This document shows positions 10,316 to 18,262 of a DNA stretch of 64,000 nt, piece by piece. The notes under the pieces are model-generated. The model made no database searches, was not told the origin of the DNA, and saw only the letters and a program-made list of their open reading frames with translations. Source of the stretch: a virus. Position 1 is the stretch's first letter, and every line of letters starts with the position of its first letter. The stretch is taken from IMG/VR virus record IMGVR_UViG_3300023243_000351; one strand, written 5' to 3'. The position numbers and the translations under genes were made by a program.

Positions 10316-10646
10316 ACTCTGCTGGCCCTTTGTGGAAGTGTCCTTCTGTGCAGTGACGCATTTCGTGCAACCACACACGCATGTCAAGATCTGGCTGCAC
10401 ATAAGGTACAAATACCTCACACCATTTCTTGCCTTCTTCTGTTACACTCCAGCGAGCCCATCCTTTAACCTTTGTGGTTTTTCCAGTATACTGTTCCCAT
10501 GTGGTTTGTATGGTTTCTGGATCCATGATTACAATTTTCATGGTACCATCATAGTATGAGTGTGGTTGATCATAAACATGATGCGGTACACATGCACCTA
10601 ATAGTAAAACTAAACTAATTTTGATTAATAGTAATAACCGTGTCAC
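10308..10646 (-). CDS. Small lipoprotein with HExxH motif
   Basis: Lipobox LLGAC; WLHEMRHC. Confidence 0.6.
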   Translation of the reverse strand: MTRLLLLIKISLVLLLGACVPHHVYDQPHSYYDGTMKIVIMDPETIQTTWEQYTGKTTKVKGWARWSVTEEGKKWCEVFVPYVQPDLDMRVWLHEMRHCTEGHFHKGPAEYE

Positions 10647-11670
10647 TTGCGTTCTCCGTTGTGTGTAATGTTATTGGGCTACCTGCTTGATTCAAGTTCA
10701 TTTGTGTACTGCTGTTTTGGTCAAGTGTAATGCTAAAAATCCTACCGTCAACGTTTCTATATATAAGCCACTCACCATCCAGCACAATCTGTGTGTTACC
10801 TTGTTCATATGCTCCTGGCCTAATAGGATTAGTTGAGAACGAGTCTACCTCTTTAAGCAGTTTTGCATTCATTAAATCTAAAATATTACCCAACATATCA
10901 ACATCAAGTAGGTTAAAGTCTAGTCTTGTGAACACTAACTCGTCTTCATCTAATTCATTGTTGTCAAGAAGATTAACGTCAAGTTCATTAAAATCTAATA
11001 TGGACTGTTCACGTTCAGCCTGAGTCTCGTCCTCTTTTTCTTTTGGCTTTTGTACAATTAACAGGTTGTTAATTTGATTTACATCTAGGTCCAATAGGAC
11101 AGGTGGTGTTGGTACATTTTCTCGTGTGTTGACCATTGTTGCTTGATATGCCTGGTTAAGTATTACCTGCCCTATATCGCTTTCAACAGATATCTCTCCC
11201 ACAGTGCCATCTGCGTTGGGCAACAGTATAACAAGACTCCTGCCTATTTCGTCTACGGTCATGCTGAATGCAGTACCACGCACACCAATACGTGCTGTTG
11301 GTGTTTGTATGTCTACGCTTTGTCTGTTGTTTTTAGCAATCTTACCTGATGCATACTTAACTGTGCCCAAGCCCACTTTCATCTTGAGCTTACTTTTTGT
11401 AGGGTCAGCGGCATCATATATGAAATCATCAATGATTAATTTGCTGTGTTTTTCAATTTGTATTTTGGTATCATCATTGAAGCCAATACCAATAATACCG
11501 TCGGCGGTGCTTATTGTGTCCAGCATCTCTACACCCAGATCTTTTTCTACTGTGATTTTGTCATTATCGCGTGTAAGTTGTGCAGGGCCGGTTTGTTTTT
11601 CAACTGTACCGATCCCTGCATAACACGTACTAATCTGAAACGTTAATAGTAACGCTAGAAGTTGAACCAT
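10615..11670 (-). CDS. FecR-domain periplasmic protein
   Basis: Signal peptide; DTISTADG..I.F.DDT.I...S.L.ID and IQTPTARIGVRGTAF are FecR-domain hallmarks. Confidence 0.85.
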   Translation of the reverse strand: MVQLLALLLTFQISTCYAGIGTVEKQTGPAQLTRDNDKITVEKDLGVEMLDTISTADGIIGIGFNDDTKIQIEKHSKLIIDDFIYDAADPTKSKLKMKVGLGTVKYASGKIAKNNRQSVDIQTPTARIGVRGTAFSMTVDEIGRSLVILLPNADGTVGEISVESDIGQVILNQAYQATMVNTRENVPTPPVLLDLDVNQINNLLIVQKPKEKEDETQAEREQSILDFNELDVNLLDNNELDEDELVFTRLDFNLLDVDMLGNILDLMNAKLLKEVDSFSTNPIRPGAYEQGNTQIVLDGEWLIYRNVDGRIFSITLDQNSSTQMNLNQAGSPITLHTTENASDTVITINQN

Positions 11671-12328
11671 TTGTGTTAACATCTACTGTACTCGCCTCTG
11701 CACCTGATTGAGTAATACTTAGAGTTGAACTGCTGCCGGTATGATTAAGCAGAGTGTCGTGTTGTGAAGCACCACTGTGGGTAACTGTAACGGTGTTGGT
11801 ACTGCCGTCAATGTCAATGTCTGTGGTTTTGTCTAGGATACTAGTTGCTGTGGAATCCTCAGTTACTGTTATAGTATTACTGCCACTGCCGCTGGTTAGG
11901 TCAATGTCTACGTTAACATCGTCAACAAGACTTTGTGTAGCGCCAACGTTTACACCAACAGTGTTTGTGTTGCCTGGATTGGTGATGCTGATTGTAACAT
12001 CATCACTGCCACCGTTGGTGCCTCCTGTAGTACCTACCTGTATGTCAATGTCTGAACTATTGCCATTAGTGGTTGCTGTTACACTGGCGTTGTCGCCGTA
12101 AACATCGTAATCTAATGCATTGCTTGATCCAACTTGGTCAATGTCTAATATGGTGCTGGCGCCATCGCTCTTGCTGTCGTCACCGCTTGCGCCAACGCTG
12201 TTTCCAGAACCGTCTTGATCTATAGTGATTGTGGCTGATGATCCAACCTGATCAATATAGATCAAGTTGTCAGCCCATGCCGGACTGCTTATTAATAAAG
12301 ACATGAATGCTAATGCTATCCTTGTCAT
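11630..12328 (-). CDS. Curlin-repeat secreted protein (CsgA/CsgB-like) A
   Basis: Signal peptide (..PAWA|DN); IDQVGSS/IDQDGSGN repeats of about 22-23 aa; directly downstream of csgG. Confidence 0.75.
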   Translation of the reverse strand: MTRIALAFMSLLISSPAWADNLIYIDQVGSSATITIDQDGSGNSVGASGDDSKSDGASTILDIDQVGSSNALDYDVYGDNASVTATTNGNSSDIDIQVGTTGGTNGGSDDVTISITNPGNTNTVGVNVGATQSLVDDVNVDIDLTSGSGSNTITVTEDSTATSILDKTTDIDIDGSTNTVTVTHSGASQHDTLLNHTGSSSTLSITQSGAEASTVDVNTNGSTSSVTINVSD

Positions 12329-12360
12329 GTGTGTCGCTCCTTTTGGGTGGTCCCCATTAT

Positions 12361-12399
12361 ACGTGCCAATATCTTAGTATTATCGCACGTTAGTATTTA
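12361..12399 (-). promoter_or_regulatory. Late promoter (TAAATA) followed by a 5' leader hairpin upstream of curlin A
   Basis: TAAATA at 12394-12399; ACGTGC...GCACGT inverted repeat 12361-12390; SD AAGGAG near 12337-12342. Confidence 0.6.
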
Positions 12400-12437
12400 A
12401 ATAATAAGTTGCTATCATTAAATATGTATGTTATACG

Positions 12438-13256
12438 CTAGTCTACGTAATTACTCCATCCTGTTGATTTATCATCTAGCATAGTGTAATCCCATAGTTT
12501 TTTACGTTTTCCTTCTTTGGTTAACTCAATTACTGCTTGTTCAACTGCCTGTTTTACTGCATAATTAACTGGTTCATTGGTACTGGTACCTGACTCTACC
12601 TCTAGAACTTGTGTGCCTTGATCGTAGAATTTAAACACGTTTATGCCAAGACTAGTGCTTAAAATCGTCTTTTCGGTGCTCACATTTAGCAATACTTCTC
12701 CCGACAGTACACTTACCGCTCTAAGCCCTATTGTGACTACATCTACACGCCATTCTTGTTGTGCACCAATGCCCATAACCCTGGCACCAATACCACCTGT
12801 AAATTTGTTTGTATCATAACCAATAATGCCGCCTTCGATTATAATACCAGCAAACTTCATTGCACCCAATTTCTGTTTCTCATCAAACTCACTTCGTGCA
12901 TTACGTATAATCTGTCTTTCTTTGATTAGGTTGTCCAGGCCATTGCGCTCTACAACATCAAAAAACTCACCATCTGCTAGTGCCATTAGTGCATCTATTA
13001 AGTATACTTCTGCACCTTGTGTTACTGCTGTACTGATGTTGGCAATGTTATCTGCTGGTTTACGTTGTCCAGTCTTATCTTGGAAACTGTATATTGCAAC
13101 TGTCACAGGCTGTCCGCCTTTAATTGCAGGGAAATTAATTAAATGTTTCTTGACTGGGGTTTCAGCAAGCTCAGCTGGTCTGCCAAGTTTTGGATTAGTC
13201 GAGGCGCAACCAACTAACAAAAAAACCAATAACGCCACACATATTCTACCTAGCAT
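12438..13256 (-). CDS. csgG: Curli secretion channel lipoprotein CsgG
   Basis: Lipobox LLVGC; AIYSFQDKTGQRKP, STAVTQG, VVERNGLDNLIKERQIIR, EGGIIGYD, NEPV. Confidence 0.93.
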   Translation of the reverse strand: MLGRICVALLVFLLVGCASTNPKLGRPAELAETPVKKHLINFPAIKGGQPVTVAIYSFQDKTGQRKPADNIANISTAVTQGAEVYLIDALMALADGEFFDVVERNGLDNLIKERQIIRNARSEFDEKQKLGAMKFAGIIIEGGIIGYDTNKFTGGIGARVMGIGAQQEWRVDVVTIGLRAVSVLSGEVLLNVSTEKTILSTSLGINVFKFYDQGTQVLEVESGTSTNEPVNYAVKQAVEQAVIELTKEGKRKKLWDYTMLDDKSTGWSNYVD

Positions 13257-13265
13257 GCATCTCCT

Positions 13266-13808
13266 TTAAAAGGCAAAACTGGCAACAGGAATTTCAACCT
13301 TCGTAACTGATCCATCTGTTTGCGTTACGTTTAATGTTACTAGGTCGTCGGTCATTTCATAAGCCACTGTATTGCCTAGTAGATCAATAGTACCACTACT
13401 TTGTGGATTTTCCCCAAACAGTTTGTCTGAAATTTGCTTACTAAGTTCAGCATAGATTCTACTTTCTAAATTAGCCAAGAACTTATTAACATTAGAGTTT
13501 TCTTTTTCACGCTCAATTTCTCTTGCCGCGGACTCTAACTTAGATTTGATTTCTGCTCTTCTAGTGTGTGTTAGGTTTTCAATGGTCAACACATGACTAC
13601 TGTAGCCTATACCGTTAAAACTAGGGTTATTAAACTTATAAGTTAAGTCGCCTGCTGTTGCCGCACTGATAAAAAACATGCCCACAAGGAATCCCATAAT
13701 AAAACTCCAAAAGCCAAAACTCAACACTGTTGATATAGTATAGGTTACTGGGTTGGACTTTTTAAACTTCTGCCAGGCTGCCTTTTCATAACTACTTTGA
13801 TGATTCAT
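13266..13808 (-). CDS. csgF: Curli assembly protein CsgF-like
   Basis: After the hydrophobic segment: LTYKFNNPSFNG; F..NLESRIYAELS; C-terminal DGSVTKVEIP; adjacent to csgG. Confidence 0.82.
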   Translation of the reverse strand: MNHQSSYEKAAWQKFKKSNPVTYTISTVLSFGFWSFIMGFLVGMFFISAATAGDLTYKFNNPSFNGIGYSSHVLTIENLTHTRRAEIKSKLESAAREIEREKENSNVNKFLANLESRIYAELSKQISDKLFGENPQSSGTIDLLGNTVAYEMTDDLVTLNVTQTDGSVTKVEIPVASFAF

Positions 13809-14121
13809 TTTTTGTTTTAGCTCCTTGGTCCTTGACCTGTTTTAGTTTTAGTTCTAATTCTTGTGCTTTTTGTAAATTTGCTCTAGCTTTTGCATCTAGT
13901 TCAAGAATCATGTTTAACTTTTGGTTCAGTCTAATTAAATCGTTATCAAGCATACGAATTCTGTCAATCAACGCAATCAGCGTCATTTGTGCTTCGCTTA
14001 GTACAGGATCAATTTCTTTTGTTGCCCAGGTCCATATGTAATATACAAAGTACCCTAACCCACACGCGGCTATAATCGGAAAACCATATTGGTTTATTGC
14101 GCCGGCTACATCAATGTCCAT
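13792..14121 (-). CDS. Small single-TM/coiled-coil protein (paralog of 14138-14419)
   Basis: GFPIIAACGLGYFV; LIDRIRMLDNDLIRL. Confidence 0.7.
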   Translation of the reverse strand: MDIDVAGAINQYGFPIIAACGLGYFVYYIWTWATKEIDPVLSEAQMTLIALIDRIRMLDNDLIRLNQKLNMILELDAKARANLQKAQELELKLKQVKDQGAKTKNESSK

Positions 14122-14137
14122 TTAGTAGCCTCTCATT

Positions 14138-14419
14138 CTAGTCGCGACGAGCATCGTTCTTGCCGTCTGCTCTAGCAATACGGTTCAAGTCTGGTGTTAC
14201 CCCAAATGCATTGCTCATGAGTGTGTCAATACGAATCACGTCATGGTTCATGGTCTTAACACGATTGTCCAATGCGTTAATTATTCCTGTAAGTCCTTTT
14301 ACACTGCCCATTACACCGTCAAGGATAAAGCGCATAGTAAGGAATACAAAGTACCCGCCGGCCAGTGCCGCGGCGATAGGAAAACCAACTTCGGCAATCA
14401 ATTGAAGTATTTCTGTCAT
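14138..14419 (-). CDS. Small single-TM/coiled-coil protein, first gene of the curli operon
   Basis: GFPIAAALAGGYFV; LDNRVKTMNHDVIRI; SD AAGGAG and TAAATA (14443-14448) upstream. Confidence 0.7.
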   Translation of the reverse strand: MTEILQLIAEVGFPIAAALAGGYFVFLTMRFILDGVMGSVKGLTGIINALDNRVKTMNHDVIRIDTLMSNAFGVTPDLNRIARADGKNDARRD

Positions 14420-14489
14420 TTTGAATAGCTCCTTCTTTAGTGTATTTACCCAAATTTTTACAGTTTACTCATGGGCTATAAATAATTAC

Positions 14490-14855
14490 ATGAGAAAACT
14501 ACTACTATTACTGCTGTTAGTGCCATTTATAGCACAAGCAGAATACGCAGACTGGGACAAATACGATAAAGAATTATTCTGGATGTCAACCACAGCTATT
14601 GCAGTTGACCACTTGACCACAAGAGATATGGCTAGTAGATATGATGAAGGATATCGGGAACGCAATCCAGTGCTGGGAGAGCACCCAGACAAGGATACAG
14701 TGGATTTGTTTTTTCTAGTAAACTATGTTACACACTACTACCTGACAGATTATTTTCAAGGGGAACACAGACCTGTGTACTTGATGACTAGGCTAGTAGT
14801 TAATGGAGCGGCTTCTATTAATAACGTTAAGATTGGTCTTGGAGTACGATTTTAG
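14490..14855 (+). CDS. Secreted/membrane hypothetical protein
   Basis: ATG 14490 lies 5 nt after TATAAATA (14477-14484); signal peptide MRKLLLLLLLVPFIAQA; ends in RF. Confidence 0.65.
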   Translation: MRKLLLLLLLVPFIAQAEYADWDKYDKELFWMSTTAIAVDHLTTRDMASRYDEGYRERNPVLGEHPDKDTVDLFFLVNYVTHYYLTDYFQGEHRPVYLMTRLVVNGAASINNVKIGLGVRF

Positions 14856-15159
14856 TGGACTGATTGTAACGTTTACAAATTTCTTCATAGAACGTATCCA
14901 ACTCTCCACCAAACTTACCAGTCAAGTGTTCTGCTAGGTCATTACATAGTTTAGCATCACCGTCTTTGTTTGCTTGCACGAAATCGCCATGTAATTTCTT
15001 CCAATGATCCAACATTACAACTTCTGCTAGTGGTACCTTGGTTGCTTCTACTACACACCATGTGTCTAATAGATTACCATCAATCACATTTGGCTCTAAT
15101 TCTAAGATGAGATACTTTTCAAACATCTCGTCTGTGGGTTGTTCCCATACAATATTCAT
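14827..15159 (-). CDS. Hypothetical protein similar to the C-terminal tail of the adenylate cyclase
   Basis: LH...L...L.G.F.G..D..Y.....R pattern shared with the 7430-9520 C-terminus. Confidence 0.6.
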   Translation of the reverse strand: MNIVWEQPTDEMFEKYLILELEPNVIDGNLLDTWCVVEATKVPLAEVVMLDHWKKLHGDFVQANKDGDAKLCNDLAEHLTGKFGGELDTFYEEICKRYNQSTKIVLQDQS

Positions 15160-15689
15160 CGTTTCTTCAATCCTTGTTGTTTATAAATTTGTTGAACTGC
15201 TGTTGCTTGATAATAACAATCTATTAAAGCATTGTGTGCACCTTTAGCGTCCTTATCTCTAGGATCTCCAAAAGTTTTAAACAATGTACGACTATCTCTT
15301 ATCTGCCAAAAGTTCCACGGCATGGGCGTATCCATGTCACGATACAAATCTTCAAGAATAACTGCATCAAATGCAGGCCCTTGGCACCATATGTTATCAG
15401 TCCCTACTAGGAACTTATTAAGTTTTCCTAAAAAAGATGATACACTGTCACGTTCGTGATCACCGAGGGCTTCTTCTCGAACATCTTCTGCTTGCTTGCC
15501 CCACCAATCAATTACATCCTGGTGTACATGTCTGCCTAGTGCTATTTGTTCGTCTACATCTATCCTAACATACAATCCGTCGTCTGTATTCACATCCGAT
15601 GCGTATGGGTCAAACTTAACAGCACCCACAGTCAACACGACACTCTGCGGACGAGTACCTAACGTCTCAATATCTAACATTATATCCAT
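15156..15689 (-). CDS. DEDDh 3'-5' exonuclease (RNase AS-like/phage exonuclease)
   Basis: MLDIETLG, FDAVIL, RDSRT, HNALIDC. Confidence 0.85.
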   Translation of the reverse strand: MDIMLDIETLGTRPQSVVLTVGAVKFDPYASDVNTDDGLYVRIDVDEQIALGRHVHQDVIDWWGKQAEDVREEALGDHERDSVSSFLGKLNKFLVGTDNIWCQGPAFDAVILEDLYRDMDTPMPWNFWQIRDSRTLFKTFGDPRDKDAKGAHNALIDCYYQATAVQQIYKQQGLKKR

Positions 15690-15697
15690 AATATTTT

Positions 15698-16003
15698 TTA
15701 TGCTGGCTGTAGTTTAACTTCGAGGGGGAATCCGTTGTTACGAGCAAGCATTGTTACTTCTACACCTTTTTGCTCAGCAACTTCATATGTAAGTGTTTTT
15801 ACTACGCTACTACCGTCGTTATGAATCTTAACAGTTAATTCTTTTGCTATTTCTTCACTATGATGGAAAATTACTTTCAGACTCTCTACAACAAACTCTA
15901 CTGTGGTCTTATTGTCATTGAGGTAGATTACATTGTAAAGATTAGGTGGTTTGATACTTGTTTTAGATTTTGTAGATTGTTTTACTTCAGTTTTTTCACT
16001 CAT
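15698..16003 (-). CDS. clpS: ATP-dependent Clp protease adaptor ClpS
   Basis: PNLYNVIYLNDNKTTVEFVV, IHNDG, YEVAEQK, GFPL. Confidence 0.9.
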   Translation of the reverse strand: MSEKTEVKQSTKSKTSIKPPNLYNVIYLNDNKTTVEFVVESLKVIFHHSEEIAKELTVKIHNDGSSVVKTLTYEVAEQKGVEVTMLARNNGFPLEVKLQPA

Positions 16004-16034
16004 AGCTTACACTCTCGGTCATCTAGTTAGTAAG

Positions 16035-16055
16035 TGGGGGGAGTTGCCTCCCCCC
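16035..16055 (-). terminator. GC-rich hairpin downstream of hsp20, probable terminator
   Basis: GGGGGGAG-TTGC-CTCCCCCC inverted repeat; U-tract is weak. Confidence 0.5.
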
Positions 16056-16076
16056 GGCGTTTATAACTATATTATA

Positions 16077-16535
16077 TTACTTAGTAAAGGTAATTGCAAT
16101 CTTTTTAGGCTTTTGTTCGTCCGGAACAACATGCTCTAAGCTGACTGCCAGGATGCCATTTACTACTGTTGCACCTTTGATCTCAACATTCTCGTTGAGA
16201 GTAAATGTGCGAGTGAATGTGCGAGCACTAATACCTTTGTGCAGGTATTCGTGTTCTTCTGCTTCTGCTTCCTGCTTCTCCCCGGTGATAGTCAACACAT
16301 TGCTTTTGAATTCAATGTTCAACTCATCTTCACCAAACCCTGCAACTGCAACCTGGATCGCCCAGTTGTGTTCGTCAATTTTGATGATGTTGTATGGAGG
16401 ATAATTATCTGCTTTTGAATTGCCCAAGTGTGTTCGGGTCAGTTCATTAAACAAGTTGTCAAAGCCGATGGCATGACGATTAAGTGAAGCAGTAAATCCG
16501 GGAAGGTTGGTCGTACTAAGTTTGTATGATGTCAT
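16077..16535 (-). CDS. Small heat-shock protein Hsp20 (IbpA-like)
   Basis: IGFDNLF, NYPPYNI, AVAGF, YLHKGISARTFTRTF, NGILAVSL; start moved to ATG 16535 after SD AAGGAG. Confidence 0.93.
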   Translation of the reverse strand: MTSYKLSTTNLPGFTASLNRHAIGFDNLFNELTRTHLGNSKADNYPPYNIIKIDEHNWAIQVAVAGFGEDELNIEFKSNVLTITGEKQEAEAEEHEYLHKGISARTFTRTFTLNENVEIKGATVVNGILAVSLEHVVPDEQKPKKIAITFTK

Positions 16536-16612
16536 AGTTTTCTCCTTTATGTTAAGCAAGTTATGACTTGTGATGTTGTAGCCCGATAATCGGCACTACA
16601 AGTATATTTATA
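16536..16612 (-). promoter_or_regulatory. Late promoter plus structured 5' UTR with ROSE-like thermometer motif
   Basis: TATAAATA 16605-16612; hairpin TGTAG-GCCGATTATCGGG-CTACA; CUUGCUU can pair with the AAGGAG SD. Confidence 0.6.
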
Positions 16613-16631
16613 CAGGATACAAGACTAGATG

Positions 16632-16874
16632 TCAATCTCTTATTAGTTCATACGATTCACTTCGGGAGTGTTCTGGATTAAATGATACTAAAAAATCCAC
16701 ATAGTCTTGTTCTGTAGACAAACACAATTGAACACACCAGTTCTTAATACCAATGTGTTTGATATCTATATCGTGTTTTTCAGCCCAAGTCCTAACATCG
16801 TATTCTATTTCAGTGCGAGCCCATCCCACTGCATGTATTCCATTTGCACGTGGAAGGACCCACTGGATATGCAT
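16632..16874 (-). CDS. Hypothetical protein
   Basis: 80-aa ORF abutting rpsU. Confidence 0.55.
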   Translation of the reverse strand: MHIQWVLPRANGIHAVGWARTEIEYDVRTWAEKHDIDIKHIGIKNWCVQLCLSTEQDYVDFLVSFNPEHSRSESYELIRD

Positions 16875-17123
16875 TTAGTACATCTTTTTAGGCAACTGCT
16901 CTTCTAGTAGTTGCTTTTTCCATCTGCGAACTGCGGCGGCATGTTTCCGCTTGCGTCTTGTAGTGGGTTTTTCAAAAGATTCTTTTGAGCGTAAAGTTTG
17001 TAGTACTCCGCTTTCGCTAACTTTTTTCTTTAGTTTACGCATAGCTTTTTCTACATTGTCGTACTGGACTATTACCTTATTGCCAAAAGGTCTGCCTGGT
17101 TTTTTTTCAAAGTTGGTTGCCAT
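16875..17123 (-). CDS. rpsU: Ribosomal protein bS21
   Basis: NVEKAMRKLKKKV..SG.L...R..E.FEKPTTRRKRK.AAAVRR. Confidence 0.9.
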   Translation of the reverse strand: MATNFEKKPGRPFGNKVIVQYDNVEKAMRKLKKKVSESGVLQTLRSKESFEKPTTRRKRKHAAAVRRWKKQLLEEQLPKKMY

Positions 17124-17129
17124 AGTTTT

Positions 17130-17489
17130 TTATTTAGTTTGTTGTTTTTCGAGCTGTGCAAAATAGTCAAATGGTGTGTCGACTTTAGTTGCATCAGTAA
17201 TGTAAGTCTTTGGTCCGTAGTAATAAACGTTGCTGTTTTTGCAAAGATCCTCGTTGTCGTAAGGTTCCGCGGTATTAACAATCACGGCGTCACTTTTTTC
17301 AATTGCTTTAGCCAACCAATCAGTATCATCCATGCCCTGATGGTACAAATATACATTGTATGCATTGTTTGTACCTTTGGCTATTTGGCCTAATAGTTCA
17401 ACATCCTTAGGAGACGCATCAACTACTGTTACTGTGTGAAAATCGTCTTCTACAAAATCTGGTGGTGTTATAAAATTACTGTAATCCAT
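17130..17489 (-). CDS. Hypothetical protein
   Basis: 119-aa ORF coupled to neighbours (FITPPDF motif). Confidence 0.6.
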   Translation of the reverse strand: MDYSNFITPPDFVEDDFHTVTVVDASPKDVELLGQIAKGTNNAYNVYLYHQGMDDTDWLAKAIEKSDAVIVNTAEPYDNEDLCKNSNVYYYGPKTYITDATKVDTPFDYFAQLEKQQTK

Positions 17490-18084
17490 CTTTCCCCACT
17501 ATCTGTTGTATTTGTTCTAGTTCGGCGTCACTTAAATCATCTGCGGTATATTCTCCCGACTGCAATTTATCAATCAAATGCTGTATGTACGCCTCATTGT
17601 AAGTATAACTGTCTGTCGTTGATTTGTCAAGCTCTATCCACTTCTTATTGTTCCATTTATACAATTTATTTGGTAAGAAATCTGTCCTAATATACATATC
17701 ACCTTTGTTTGGCCTAATCGGAAACTGGTTTCCAAATCCACACTCGGCTGTGTTCACCACAGTATCGTTATCAGCTCTTACCTTAACACTGTAAATAGGA
17801 AGTAATGGATGCAATGCTTTGAATGCTTCTATGTTGTAGTTCTTTTTTTGATACTTGACTACATCATCCAAGCCACGCTTTATAGCGATATTAGGATCTG
17901 TTGCTTCTTCTTCACCTATAACAAAATCGTCTATTGACACTTCTGCTGGACTGGGCTTTGGCTCCGCAACGATTTGATTGGGCTTTTGCTTGTCTAATTG
18001 ATCAAGTGCCCAATCAAGTCTTTGTAGTGCTAATCTATATTTGTCCCAGAGTTGGTTTACTGACTCCTGGTAGTCGTTAGGCAT
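17476..18084 (-). CDS. Hypothetical protein
   Basis: GFGNQFP..P.KGD..IRTD..PNKLYKW C-terminal domain. Confidence 0.6.
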   Translation of the reverse strand: MPNDYQESVNQLWDKYRLALQRLDWALDQLDKQKPNQIVAEPKPSPAEVSIDDFVIGEEEATDPNIAIKRGLDDVVKYQKKNYNIEAFKALHPLLPIYSVKVRADNDTVVNTAECGFGNQFPIRPNKGDMYIRTDFLPNKLYKWNNKKWIELDKSTTDSYTYNEAYIQHLIDKLQSGEYTADDLSDAELEQIQQIVGKDGLQ

Positions 18085-18262
18085 TAGTTCCTAGTCGTGC
18101 TTCAACTTTTGCCTCAAGCTCAGCAATATCTGCTGGCATTGTAAAGTCAAGATCAAGTTCACTTTGCAGTGCTTCATTCTCGTCCAAAGCCTCGTTGAGT
18201 TGTGATAGGGCATTCTTGTACTTTGCCCAAATTTCATCAATTTCCTGTTGTGGTTTAGCCAT
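18077..18262 (-). CDS. Small coiled-coil protein sharing motifs with both neighbours
   Basis: 8-nt overlaps on both sides; WAKYKNAL and PADIAELE motifs. Confidence 0.55.
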   Translation of the reverse strand: MAKPQQEIDEIWAKYKNALSQLNEALDENEALQSELDLDFTMPADIAELEAKVEARLGTNA

